Shown: positions 1-8,369, counted from the stretch's first letter. The stretch: 8,421 bases of DNA from an uncultured Erysipelotrichaceae bacterium (GCA_964457525.1 CAYWGS010000063.1:1-8421); one strand, 5' to 3'. Notes: generated from the letters alone by a model not told the origin. Made by a program: numbers and translations.

Positions 1-448
<448 letters not shown>

Positions 449-462
449 TCAGTTCTCCTCCT

Positions 463-2436
463 TTATGAACTCTTTAATTCCAGAATAATGTCACGCAATT
501 CAGCTGCTCTCTCGAAATCAAGAATTTTTGCGGCTTCATGCATTTCTTTTTCAAGTGATAGGATTAATTCCTCTTGAGCCTTACGATCAAATTTCTGACG
601 CTTAGTAAGATACTCTTTCGCCATTTTTTGTGTTTCTTTTCCACGAATAACATCATGAATTTCTTTGATGATGGTGGTTGGTGTAATGTTATGCTCTTCG
701 TTGTATGCGATTTGAATTTCACGTCTACGATTGGTTTCAGAGATCGCTTTCTCCATCGAATCAGTGATACGATCCGCATAAAGGATAACTTCCCCGTTTG
801 AGTTACGTGCAGCACGTCCAATTGTTTGGATTAAAGAACGGTGTGAACGTAAGAATCCTTCTTTATCCGCATCTAAAATACAAACAAGTGAAACTTCAGG
901 TAAGTCTAAACCTTCACGAAGTAGGTTAATCCCTACAAGCACATCATATTTACCACGTCTTAAATCTCTTAAGATTTCAATACGTTCAAATGTTTTAACT
1001 TCATGATGTAAGAAGACAACCTTCAAATCAATGCGTTTTAAGTATGCACTTAATTCTTCTGCCATCTTAACCGTTAAGGTTGTGATCAATGTACGTTCAT
1101 TACGTGCGATACGAACATTGATTTCATGAATAATATCATCGATCTGACCATTGGTTGGACGTATCGTAACCTTTGGATCGAGTAGTCCAGTAGGACGAAT
1201 AATCTGTTGAACCACTTCATGATTAACTTGTTCAAGTTCATAATCACCCGGGGTGGCAGATACATAGATGACTTGATTAATAATCTTTTCAAACTCATCA
1301 AAGCGCATTGGACGATTCTCTAATGCACTCGGTAATCTAAATCCATATTTTACTAAGGTCTCTTTACGTGCTCGATCCCCATTAAACATTCCTCTTGTTT
1401 GTGGAATACTAACATGGGATTCATCGATTACGAGTAAGTAATCATCTGGGAAGTAGTCAAATAAGTTAAATGGTCTTTGTCCTGGTTCTCTTCCATCAAT
1501 GTGCATCGAATAGTTTTCAATTCCAGAACACATACCCAACTCACGAAGTGCTTCTAAATCATAGAGCGTACGTTGTTCAAGACGTTGTTTCTCAACGAGT
1601 TTATTTTCTGATTCGAGTTCATTCAAGCGTTGATGTAACTCTTTTTCTATCTTATCACAAGCAATTCGCATCTGTTCTTTTGAACGCGTATACTCATTGG
1701 CTGGGAAAATATTATACACAGAATAAGCATTGAGTATCTTGCCTGTTACTCGGTCTACTTCTGTGATTCGTTCAATGATATTATCAAATAATTCAATTCT
1801 TAGATTGTATTGATCGGTATAACCAAGTGATACTTCGATACTATCTCCAACAACCCTAAACGTTCCACGTTTGAGTTCCATATCATTGCGTGAATATTGA
1901 CGATCCACCAATTTACGAATAAGTTCTTTTCGATCAATTGTTTCATTCTGGTGGATTGAGAAGAATAATTCACGATATAAACTTGGATCACTGGACGCAT
2001 AGATACATGCGACAGACGCCACAACAATCGTATCTCTTCTTTCAAGTACCGCATTGAGTGAGGACATTCTTAACATATCCAACTCTTCATTGATCATTGC
2101 GGTCTTTTCAATATAGGTATCTGACTTAGGAATGTAGGCTTCTGGTTGGTAGTAATCAAAGTTCGAAACGAAATACTCCACACGATTATTGGGAAATATT
2201 TCTTTAAACTCAGAATATAGTTGACCCGCTAATGTTTTATTATGAACAAACACAAGCGTTGGTTTATTGACCTGTGCAATGACATGTGAAACAGTAAATG
2301 TCTTACCTGTACCTGTTGCGCCAAGTAAAACCTGCGCTCGTTTGTTTTCTCTTAATCCTTGTACGAGTGCTTCGATTGCGGCGGGTTGATCACCTGTTGG
2401 TTTGAATGGGGATACCAATTCAAATTGATTAGTCAT
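463..2436 (-). CDS. uvrB: Excinuclease ABC subunit B (UvrB)
   Basis: 657-aa ORF. N-terminus [21 protein letters not shown] is typical of UvrB. Walker A GATGTGKT, a helicase DExx-like VIDESH, and the C-terminal UVR motif ([22 protein letters not shown]) are present. ATG at 2436 with GGAG 7 nt upstream. Overlaps the upstream ctp stop by 8 nt. Confidence 0.97.
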   Translation of the reverse strand: MTNQFELVSPFKPTGDQPAAIEALVQGLRENKRAQVLLGATGTGKTFTVSHVIAQVNKPTLVFVHNKTLAGQLYSEFKEIFPNNRVEYFVSNFDYYQPEAYIPKSDTYIEKTAMINEELDMLRMSSLNAVLERRDTIVVASVACIYASSDPSLYRELFFSIHQNETIDRKELIRKLVDRQYSRNDMELKRGTFRVVGDSIEVSLGYTDQYNLRIELFDNIIERITEVDRVTGKILNAYSVYNIFPANEYTRSKEQMRIACDKIEKELHQRLNELESENKLVEKQRLEQRTLYDLEALRELGMCSGIENYSMHIDGREPGQRPFNLFDYFPDDYLLVIDESHVSIPQTRGMFNGDRARKETLVKYGFRLPSALENRPMRFDEFEKIINQVIYVSATPGDYELEQVNHEVVQQIIRPTGLLDPKVTIRPTNGQIDDIIHEINVRIARNERTLITTLTVKMAEELSAYLKRIDLKVVFLHHEVKTFERIEILRDLRRGKYDVLVGINLLREGLDLPEVSLVCILDADKEGFLRSHRSLIQTIGRAARNSNGEVILYADRITDSMEKAISETNRRREIQIAYNEEHNITPTTIIKEIHDVIRGKETQKMAKEYLTKRQKFDRKAQEELILSLEKEMHEAAKILDFERAAELRDIILELKSS

Positions 2437-3913
2437 TAATGAGCTCCAATGCTTTCTTTAATTGTACATCTTTTTCTAACTTTTCCAAATTCCATATACG
2501 TACAACTTCCGATTTCAATTTATCTAATAGAACCTTGTTGATAACCGATTCATCTTCCAATTTATAGTCCTTGATATAACTTTCAAGCGCACTTAATGTC
2601 TTACTTGAAAAATATCCATCTGTACGATCCACCTTATAACCTAAGAAATCTAGAGCTAATTGCGCATCTTTAACTGATTCATGAACCGTATCATATCCAT
2701 ACGCTTCATCATCCGATAACTCACTGAAAGGTTCATGCATAACTGGATGTAAATCCACCATTACATCAGGGTTAATTCCTACTCCATTAATATGATTACC
2801 GTTCGGTGTTAACCATTCCGCTACAGTATATTTCAATGCGCTTCCATCTGAGAAAGCGTGTTGTTGCTGAACAGTACCCTTACCATACGTTGTAACACCT
2901 ACGATGGTTGCTTCCATGTTCTCTTTGATGGCTGCAGTAAGTACTTCTGAAGCAGACGCTGAGTTTTCATTGACTAGAATAATAATCTCATCAAATTCAA
3001 CCATGATATTACCACTTGATTTTGATACAAGTTTCTCACCACTATAGATTTCTTGTTGGATTAGAATACCATCTTTAGGCACAAACATACTGCCAATCTC
3101 TTCAAGTGTGGATAAGTATCCTCCACCATTATCTCTTAAATCAATAATGATATCCTTAGCTCCACTATCCTTAAATAACTGCATATATTGATCCACTTCT
3201 GCACCCGTATCTTCACCAAACTGATAGATTTCTAAATACGCAGTATCATTATCAATCATCCGTCCAAATGCAGTATTTCGGATAACACCACGTGTAATAT
3301 CAAGTGTTACAATTTCTTCTCCACGTTGAAAATCAATGGTCACAACGGTATTTTCTTCACCCCGTACACGATCCGCTAACTCATCTGACGTTAAACCTGT
3401 TGTACTAACACCATCTACATTTTTTATAATATCGCCTGGCAAGACACCTGCACTTTCTGCAGGAGAACCAATAAATACTCGTTCTACGATAAACGTTCCA
3501 TTATTATCAAAATAGGAAACACCAATTCCTACAAAATTACGATTAATCGCTTCAGTAAATGCGGTGACTTCTTCCGCATTCATATAACTTGTATGGATAT
3601 CACCTGTCCCATCGATCATGCCATCAATCGCATCTTCAATGAGTTGTGTCTCTAAGTCTTCTTGATTACGTCCAAAGTACCATTCATTCATTAACACATC
3701 AAAAATTGCCTCAACACGATTCAATTTACTGACTGTTTGAACGGGCACCACTTTTTCATCGATGAATGCTGATCTTAAACTATATCCAAATCCAACGGAT
3801 AAAAGAATACTAATCACCAAGATACTTACTTGAATAATTCTTGTTCTTTTTTGTTTCTTTTCATCCGGCCATTCATACCGTTTTAACGGTATTCTTACTT
3901 TTTTTTCGCTCAT
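2429..3913 (-). CDS. S41 family C-terminal processing (tail-specific) protease, membrane-anchored, with PDZ and C-terminal peptidoglycan-binding domains
   Basis: 494-aa ORF. N-terminal TM anchor ([20 protein letters not shown]). PDZ-like block GIGVSY...[21 protein letters not shown]41 catalytic motifs [10 protein letters not shown] (Ser about 320) and TYGKGTVQ (Lys about 345), spaced 25 residues apart as in CtpB-type enzymes. C-terminal PG_binding_1-like segment ([33 protein letters not shown]). ATG at 3913 preceded by GAGG 7 nt upstream. Confidence 0.93.
   Translation of the reverse strand: MSEKKVRIPLKRYEWPDEKKQKRTRIIQVSILVISILLSVGFGYSLRSAFIDEKVVPVQTVSKLNRVEAIFDVLMNEWYFGRNQEDLETQLIEDAIDGMIDGTGDIHTSYMNAEEVTAFTEAINRNFVGIGVSYFDNNGTFIVERVFIGSPAESAGVLPGDIIKNVDGVSTTGLTSDELADRVRGEENTVVTIDFQRGEEIVTLDITRGVIRNTAFGRMIDNDTAYLEIYQFGEDTGAEVDQYMQLFKDSGAKDIIIDLRDNGGGYLSTLEEIGSMFVPKDGILIQQEIYSGEKLVSKSSGNIMVEFDEIIILVNENSASASEVLTAAIKENMEATIVGVTTYGKGTVQQQHAFSDGSALKYTVAEWLTPNGNHINGVGINPDVMVDLHPVMHEPFSELSDDEAYGYDTVHESVKDAQLALDFLGYKVDRTDGYFSSKTLSALESYIKDYKLEDESVINKVLLDKLKSEVVRIWNLEKLEKDVQLKKALELIND
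2461..2488 (-). promoter_or_regulatory. Possible internal sigma-A-type promoter for uvrB inside the 3' end of the protease gene
   Basis: Minus strand reads TTGGAA (2488..2483), a 16-nt spacer, then TACAAT (2466..2461). This lies about 25 nt upstream of the uvrB ATG. The hexamers match consensus 4/6 and 5/6. Such matches are common by chance in AT-rich DNA. Confidence 0.2.
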
Positions 3914-3935
3914 ACGCTTACCTCAAACAATTCTT

Positions 3936-3944
3936 ATTTTAGCA
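3936..3944 (-). promoter_or_regulatory. Candidate extended -10 element (TGCTAAAAT) upstream of the S41 protease gene
   Basis: Minus strand reads TGC TAAAAT, which fits the TGnTAnAAT pattern, about 22 nt upstream of ATG 3913. No good -35 hexamer (TTGTGT with a 19-nt spacer). It may supplement read-through from the ftsE promoter. Confidence 0.3.
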
Positions 3945-3978
3945 CAAAGCCGTATGCATAACACAAACGGCTCTTTGT

Positions 3979-5376
3979 TTAATAATACTGTCCATATTGT
4001 ACCCCAAATACTTTAGCAGGGTTCTTTCTACATGGTGCTACATTTCCATTATAATCACATCTTCGATCTAATCCTGCATTCCCCCATTTATTACCAAAAC
4101 TTAAATCTCCATTCCAACTAGCCACATAATCCGCAATAGATTTAGACCCTAAGTAATGTATCTCTATATGTAAATGAGGACCTGTCGAACTTCCTGATGA
4201 TCCTACTTTACCAATAGAATCCCCTTGATTAACAATCCTACCCGCTTCAATTACAGTATCCTTCTCTAGATGCATGTAAATGATTCCATAGGTTGCCCCA
4301 TCAATCGACACAAGAAGAATGGCTTGATTTCCCCCGCGATTAATACCAGGAGATCCACAATTGTTTCCATAATAACCATAAGTAGGACATGCATTCGCTG
4401 TATATAAGACAACTCCATTTCCAACTGCCTTTAAATCCGTCCCAACAGGCGCTCCTAAGTCCATGCCTAGATGCGTTCCTCCATTTGGATAGTTCCAAAC
4501 GATTGCGGTCACTTTAAATCCACTTGAGATTGGCCATGCGAATCCATTGGAAGTGACGACATTATTCAGTGCAGCGGAGATACCTTTTAACTTATCTTGT
4601 ATTTCAGTTAAATTAGATACAATATAACTCTCTTTTGCCATCAACTCAGCTTCTAGAGTTCGATATTCTAATAGTATCTTTTCAACACCTTCTTGAAGTT
4701 CAATCACTGTTTCACGATTCTTGACTAAATTTACTTTATTTTCTTCGAGTACAAGAACCTGTCTTTCAAGTTCTTCCTTATCCGCATTAAATGCATTTAC
4801 TTCTTCGGTTAATCGTTCAATCTCTTGTTTATCCGCATTAGTAATATCATTAATTCCCTCGATGCGACGAACCAGATCGACAAAATCATTCGCACCTACG
4901 ATGAAATCAATATAGGAATTAAGATATACAAAGGATTGCATACTGATCATTCTTTCTTGAATAAAACGATCAATTTCATCGATATTCGCTTGTCTTTCTT
5001 CAATATTCTTTTTGAGTAAATTAATCGATACTTCACTTAATGCAATCGAATCTTCGATATTAATAATCGATTGATTCAACTGTTCAATTTGTTTTTCATA
5101 TTTAGAGACATCTGCCGCAAGTTTAAGAATATTGGCTTTAATGTCTTTTAATTCACCACGTAACTCATTCAAATCTTTTTGAGCTTGATTTGCCTTATCA
5201 TTGACATACGCTTGATACGCTGTACATTCATCTTTATGATCTTTCGCTTCTAAGGATGAACACAGATTTGAATAATACGATTCATTCGCCTCAAAATCAT
5301 ATGCCTCAAATTCGGTATAAGGCACAAGTAATAAGACACATAGAATAACAACTAAACGTAAACCCAGTTTCTTCAT
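3979..5376 (-). CDS. Secreted coiled-coil M23/LytM-family peptidoglycan metalloendopeptidase, the likely FtsEX-partner hydrolase (PcsB/CwlO/EnvC-class architecture)
   Basis: 465-aa ORF. Signal peptide MKKLGLRLVVILCVLLLVPYTEFEA. Residues about 55-265 are heptad-rich and charged (coiled coil) and include the central SYIDFIVGANDFVDLVRRIEGI turn motif seen in FtsX-binding hydrolases. C-terminal M23 domain with HLGMD (HxxxD), YMHL and GPHLHIEIH (HxH). ATG 5376 overlaps the ftsX TGA (ATGA). GAGGA lies 7 nt upstream. Confidence 0.9.
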   Translation of the reverse strand: MKKLGLRLVVILCVLLLVPYTEFEAYDFEANESYYSNLCSSLEAKDHKDECTAYQAYVNDKANQAQKDLNELRGELKDIKANILKLAADVSKYEKQIEQLNQSIINIEDSIALSEVSINLLKKNIEERQANIDEIDRFIQERMISMQSFVYLNSYIDFIVGANDFVDLVRRIEGINDITNADKQEIERLTEEVNAFNADKEELERQVLVLEENKVNLVKNRETVIELQEGVEKILLEYRTLEAELMAKESYIVSNLTEIQDKLKGISAALNNVVTSNGFAWPISSGFKVTAIVWNYPNGGTHLGMDLGAPVGTDLKAVGNGVVLYTANACPTYGYYGNNCGSPGINRGGNQAILLVSIDGATYGIIYMHLEKDTVIEAGRIVNQGDSIGKVGSSGSSTGPHLHIEIHYLGSKSIADYVASWNGDLSFGNKWGNAGLDRRCDYNGNVAPCRKNPAKVFGVQYGQYY

Positions 5377-6269
5377 CGTACCGTCCTCAAATAACGTGAT
5401 ACAGAGATAAAACTACCCAATAAACCAACAGAAATTCCTAATAATGCGATTAAATACGATAATTCAAACACAAATGGGAACACCGGTCTAAGTATAAAGA
5501 TACTTGATAATAGGACACCATTCAGTGATTGATAGATATACTGATACCCGAATATTGTAATGATAATCGGTAAAATAGAACCAAGAATACCAATTAAGAT
5601 CCCTTCGATTAAGAAAGGTGAACGAATAAATCCATTGGTTGCGCCAATTGTACGCATAATTTGGATCTCACTCATACGAGAATGGATCGACATCTTAATG
5701 GTATTGGTAATTAAGAAGATCGCAAGTAAGCCTAATACACTTACTAAGATTAATCCACTATCACGAATGGAGTTAAGAATTTCAATCAGTTTAAGTGCAT
5801 TTAATCCGCCATAGTTTACACTTTCAATCCCATCCAATAATCGAATCTTTGTGGAAACTTGATCAATTAATTCACCTTCTGAAACATCTATAATAAAAGC
5901 ATTTCTAAGTGGATTCTTTTCTCCACGGTACATTTCAAATATTTTACCTTCTTCACCATACGAAGCAATAAATCGATCAAGTTCTTTATCTTTGTCTGAG
6001 AAATCCACTTGAACAACACCAGAGATTTCAAGAATCTCACGTTTGAGTTCACCAATCTGATCGAGACTCACTTCATTTAATATCTGTACATGAATCTGAA
6101 CTTTAGACTGAACAGAGGTTGTGATTTGTTGGAGATTAACGGTAAGTAATAGGAATAGAGACACTAAAAAAAGTGTTACCATAACTGCCATAATGGATGA
6201 TATTGACATCGCCATATGACGAACTAAGCCAATGAAACCTTCTTTAAATGGTCGAATGATTCGATTCAT
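5373..6269 (-). CDS. ftsX: Cell division ABC transporter permease-like protein FtsX
   Basis: Four-TM FtsX topology with a large extracellular loop between TM1 and TM2. Conserved C-terminal block IQIMRTIGATNGFIRSPFLIEG. I place the start at ATG 6269 (MNRIIRPFKEGF...) because AGGAGG lies 10-11 nt upstream and this N-terminus aligns with known FtsX proteins. The track start at 6305 is a TTG with no SD. The 6269 start overlaps the ftsE 3' end by 26 nt. Confidence 0.9.
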   Translation of the reverse strand: MNRIIRPFKEGFIGLVRHMAMSISSIMAVMVTLFLVSLFLLLTVNLQQITTSVQSKVQIHVQILNEVSLDQIGELKREILEISGVVQVDFSDKDKELDRFIASYGEEGKIFEMYRGEKNPLRNAFIIDVSEGELIDQVSTKIRLLDGIESVNYGGLNALKLIEILNSIRDSGLILVSVLGLLAIFLITNTIKMSIHSRMSEIQIMRTIGATNGFIRSPFLIEGILIGILGSILPIIITIFGYQYIYQSLNGVLLSSIFILRPVFPFVFELSYLIALLGISVGLLGSFISVSRYLRTVR

Positions 6270-6951
6270 GTTGAATGTATCCTCCTTCAACCATATCCGC
6301 AACAATATGACCTGCTTCTAATGCAATGGTCCGTTTCTTATATTGATTCACAATCCCAATATCATGTGTCACCATCAAAATCGTTGTTTTTTCTTCACGA
6401 TTAATTCGCTCAAGCAGTTGAATAATTTCACCTGACTTTTGAGGATCTAAGTTTCCAGTTGGTTCATCCGCAATTAAAATACGCGGCTTATTCGCAATCG
6501 CACGCGCAATAACCGCACGTTGTTGTTGACCACCGGAAAGTTGATTTGGATAATGACTTGATTTCTCTGTTAGATCAACTAACTGTAAAACTTCTCGAAC
6601 ACGTTGTCGAGCTAAAAGTGGATTCATGTTCGTTATTTCTAATGCATACATTACATTTTCAAACACTGTTTTCGATGGCAACAACTTAAAGTCTTGAAAC
6701 ACAACACCAATGTGTCGTCGATAAAAAGGAATCTTACTGTGACGTAATTGTCCAACATTAATCCCTGATACTTCCACTAATCCTTTTGTCGGTTTCTCTT
6801 CCGCATCCAATAAACGAATAAGCGTTGATTTACCTGATCCTGTTGGTCCTATGATATAGACAAACTCACTTTGGTCTATGAAAAGATTGATATTATAAAG
6901 GGCATTAACCCCATTTTTATATGTTTTTGAAACATCTGCTAGTTTAATCAT
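6244..6951 (-). CDS. ftsE: Cell division ATP-binding protein FtsE (ABC ATPase)
   Basis: 235-aa ORF. Walker A GPTGSGKST, Q-loop, ABC signature LSGGQQQR, Walker B ILIADEPTGNLD, H-loop VTHD. Immediately followed by ftsX. ATG 6951 preceded by GGGAGAG. Confidence 0.97.
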   Translation of the reverse strand: MIKLADVSKTYKNGVNALYNINLFIDQSEFVYIIGPTGSGKSTLIRLLDAEEKPTKGLVEVSGINVGQLRHSKIPFYRRHIGVVFQDFKLLPSKTVFENVMYALEITNMNPLLARQRVREVLQLVDLTEKSSHYPNQLSGGQQQRAVIARAIANKPRILIADEPTGNLDPQKSGEIIQLLERINREEKTTILMVTHDIGIVNQYKKRTIALEAGHIVADMVEGGYIQHESNHSTI

Positions 6952-6972
6952 TCTGCTCTCCCGATTGAACTT

Positions 6973-6981
6973 ATTATACCA
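6973..6981 (-). promoter_or_regulatory. Extended -10 promoter element (TGGTATAAT) for the ftsE-ftsX-M23 (and probably downstream) operon
   Basis: Minus strand reads TGG TATAAT, a perfect -10 hexamer with a TGn extension, 21 nt upstream of ATG 6951. It sits downstream of the yitT terminator. The -35 is poor (GTGTTC/CGTGTT), which fits an extended -10 promoter. Confidence 0.5.
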
Positions 6982-7002
6982 TAGTCATATTTATGAACAC
7001 GT

Positions 7003-7028
7003 AGAAAAAAAGATGATAAATCATCTTT
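7003..7028 (-). terminator. Rho-independent terminator after the YitT-family gene
   Basis: Minus-strand RNA is AAAGAUGA-UUUA-UCAUCUUU followed by UUUUCUAC. That is an 8-bp stem (two G-C pairs), a 4-nt loop and a run of 7 U in total. The stem begins within the TAA stop (7027..7029). The stem is AT-rich and weak, but the geometry is canonical. Confidence 0.5.
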
Positions 7029-7887
7029 AAACTTTGTAATCAAATGAGAATCCATTCCCCTTAACTTCAGTCGCTTCTGTTGCGATAACGAAGGCATGTG
7101 GATCAATCTTATGAAGTTCATCAATGAGTTCAGGATATTGAGTCATATTTATAACAGATAAGATTACTGAACGATTTTGACGTGTATACCCACCTTGAGC
7201 GCTTAATAGCGTTGAACCACGTTCTAACTTCTTATCAATCATTTCCACAACTTCATCCACCCTATCCGTAATAATCATAACAGACCGTGCTTCTTGTCCA
7301 CCAAACACCAATACTTGTTTAATCGCAAAAGAACTTGCATAAACAGAGATGAAGCCCATTAATACCGCTTCAATCCCATACACAAATACACCTAATGCGA
7401 CAGTGAGTAAATCCACAATAAATACAAGTTTACTTAAATCAATATTCGTAAACTTATGAATGATGAGCGGAGGAACATCCATTCCACCTGTAGAAGCACC
7501 TGTTCTAAACACCAATCCCACACCAAACCCAGCCACAAGACCTCCATAGAGACTTGCTAGGATTGGATCGATACTTACTTGTACTGGATGAGTATTTAAT
7601 ATATTTAAAAACAATGGATATAGAACACTACTTGCGACAGTATGAACCGCAAACTTACGTCCTAAGAAATAAGCCCCAAAAGCAAATAATACCCAAATCA
7701 ATACAGAGATAATTAAATCAGATCGGAATCCCGTAATTTTCGCGAGTGATACCGCAATCCCCGCAACACCACCCGATAATATTTCATATGGTAGTATAAA
7801 AGTATGTACAGCTAAGGCTAAAAATAAATTGCCTAATAGTACATATATGATATCAATAAGGTTTTTCTTTAGATCGAATTTTTTCAC
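7027..7887 (-). CDS. YitT family (UPF0750) integral membrane protein with a C-terminal DUF2179-type soluble domain
   Basis: 286-aa ORF. Multiple TM segments with the family-typical ILSGGVAGIA and GASTGGMDVPP motifs. C-terminal soluble block (VMIITDRVDEVVEMIDKKLERGSTLLSAQGGYT...HAFVIATEATEVKGNGF). The start codon is GTG (plus-strand cac at 7885..7887). An in-frame TAA lies 5 codons upstream, so no upstream start is possible. Confidence 0.88.
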   Translation of the reverse strand: MKKFDLKKNLIDIIYVLLGNLFLALAVHTFILPYEILSGGVAGIAVSLAKITGFRSDLIISVLIWVLFAFGAYFLGRKFAVHTVASSVLYPLFLNILNTHPVQVSIDPILASLYGGLVAGFGVGLVFRTGASTGGMDVPPLIIHKFTNIDLSKLVFIVDLLTVALGVFVYGIEAVLMGFISVYASSFAIKQVLVFGGQEARSVMIITDRVDEVVEMIDKKLERGSTLLSAQGGYTRQNRSVILSVINMTQYPELIDELHKIDPHAFVIATEATEVKGNGFSFDYKV

Positions 7888-7895
7888 GCTATAAT
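7868..7895 (+). promoter_or_regulatory. Candidate promoter for the VanZ-family gene
   Basis: Plus strand has TTTAGA (7868..7873, 4/6 match), a 16-nt spacer, then TATAAT (7890..7895, perfect). The predicted start is near 7902, giving a leader of about 21 nt. The -35 lies inside the yitT-like coding sequence. Confidence 0.3.
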
Positions 7896-7902
7896 TATAC
7901 CA
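7894..7902 (-). promoter_or_regulatory. Extended -10 element (TGGTATAAT) placed 6 nt upstream of the yitT-like GTG start
   Basis: Minus strand reads TGG TATAAT TATAGC GTG. With the usual spacing between the -10 and +1, the predicted transcription start falls on or next to the G of the GTG. There is no SD sequence between them. Confidence 0.45.
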
Positions 7903-7922
7903 TTAGAAACGAAAGACTTCCT

Positions 7923-8369
7923 ATGACTCAATTAAAAAAATACGCTAAACATACTTCTTTAATCCTTACCTTTGTATGGATAGGAGTTATCTTCTCTTTC
8001 TCTTTACAAAATGGATCGTTATCTAGTTTACAAAGCGGCTTCTTTTCGACTCGTATTCATCAATTCTTACTATCAATGGGAATGAATATCTCGAAAAGTA
8101 CTGTCAGTTTTATCATTCGTAAAGGTGCACACTTTACAGAATTCTTTATCCTTGGTTGCTTATCCGCAAAAAGTACATTGGATTTAAATAGTCGAAGATA
8201 TTTACCACTCATATTTCTTGTGCCTATCATGGATGAATTTATTCAATCCTTTGTCCCAGATCGAGCCATGTCGATTTATGATATGGGAATTGATGCTTCA
8301 GGGATTATATTTGGTTTACTATTTGTAAAATTACTTACCTCATTCTTAACAAAAAAAGCTAAATTATGA
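7923..8369 (+). CDS. VanZ family membrane protein
   Basis: 148-aa ORF with four hydrophobic segments and VanZ-like motifs: IFSFSLQNG near the N-terminus, RKGAHFTEFFILG, and DEFIQSFVPDRAMSIYDMGIDASGIIFG. ATG 7923. Only a weak purine stretch (GAAAGA) upstream, no clear SD. Confidence 0.85.
   Translation: MTQLKKYAKHTSLILTFVWIGVIFSFSLQNGSLSSLQSGFFSTRIHQFLLSMGMNISKSTVSFIIRKGAHFTEFFILGCLSAKSTLDLNSRRYLPLIFLVPIMDEFIQSFVPDRAMSIYDMGIDASGIIFGLLFVKLLTSFLTKKAKL

Noticed and set aside
564-2054. Five short ORFs from the track nested in uvrB (564..821 -, 574..801 +, 1086..1301 -, 1470..1733 +, 1800..2054 -)
   Set aside because: All lie wholly inside the well-supported uvrB reading frame, in other frames or antisense. 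Their translations are low-complexity with no recognisable motifs and no SD. This is the typical frame-shadow pattern in AT-rich DNA.
2530-2541. GAACCTTGTTGA upstream of uvrB, considered as a LexA/Cheo box
   Set aside because: Only the GAAC half-site is present. The second half reads TTGA rather than GTTC. It lies about 95 nt upstream of the start inside coding sequence, so it is most likely chance.
3944-3978. Hairpin right after the M23 stop (AGCCGT/ACGGCT stem, extendable past a 2-nt bulge by 4 bp, with a 13-nt loop), considered as an intrinsic terminator
   Set aside because: The loop is large, the stem is short and bulged, and no U-tract follows on the minus strand (the next bases are GCUAAAAUAAG). 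At best it is a partial attenuator or mRNA-stability element, so I expect read-through into the protease gene.
4721-5019. Two antisense ORFs (4721..4915 +, 4825..5019 +) opposite the coiled-coil part of the M23 gene
   Set aside because: Open antisense frames are expected opposite repetitive Glu/Lys/Leu-rich coiled-coil coding sequence. The translations are Ser/Ile-rich nonsense with no start context.
5338-5376. Possible lipoprotein lipobox at Cys13 of the M23 protein (VVILC)
   Set aside because: Leu at position -1 does not fit the [LVI][ASTVI][GAS]C lipobox. The hydrophobic core continues past the Cys, and FEA-YD looks like a type I signal peptidase site instead.
5560-5814. An 84-aa antisense ORF inside ftsX
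   Set aside because: It is fully embedded in conserved ftsX transmembrane-coding sequence, with no SD, promoter or recognisable motif.
6985-6996. Near-palindrome TCATATTTATGA in the -35/spacer region of the ftsE promoter, considered as an operator
   Set aside because: It has only 5-bp AT-rich arms with a mismatched centre, which is easily produced by chance in this composition. It matches no regulator motif I recognise.
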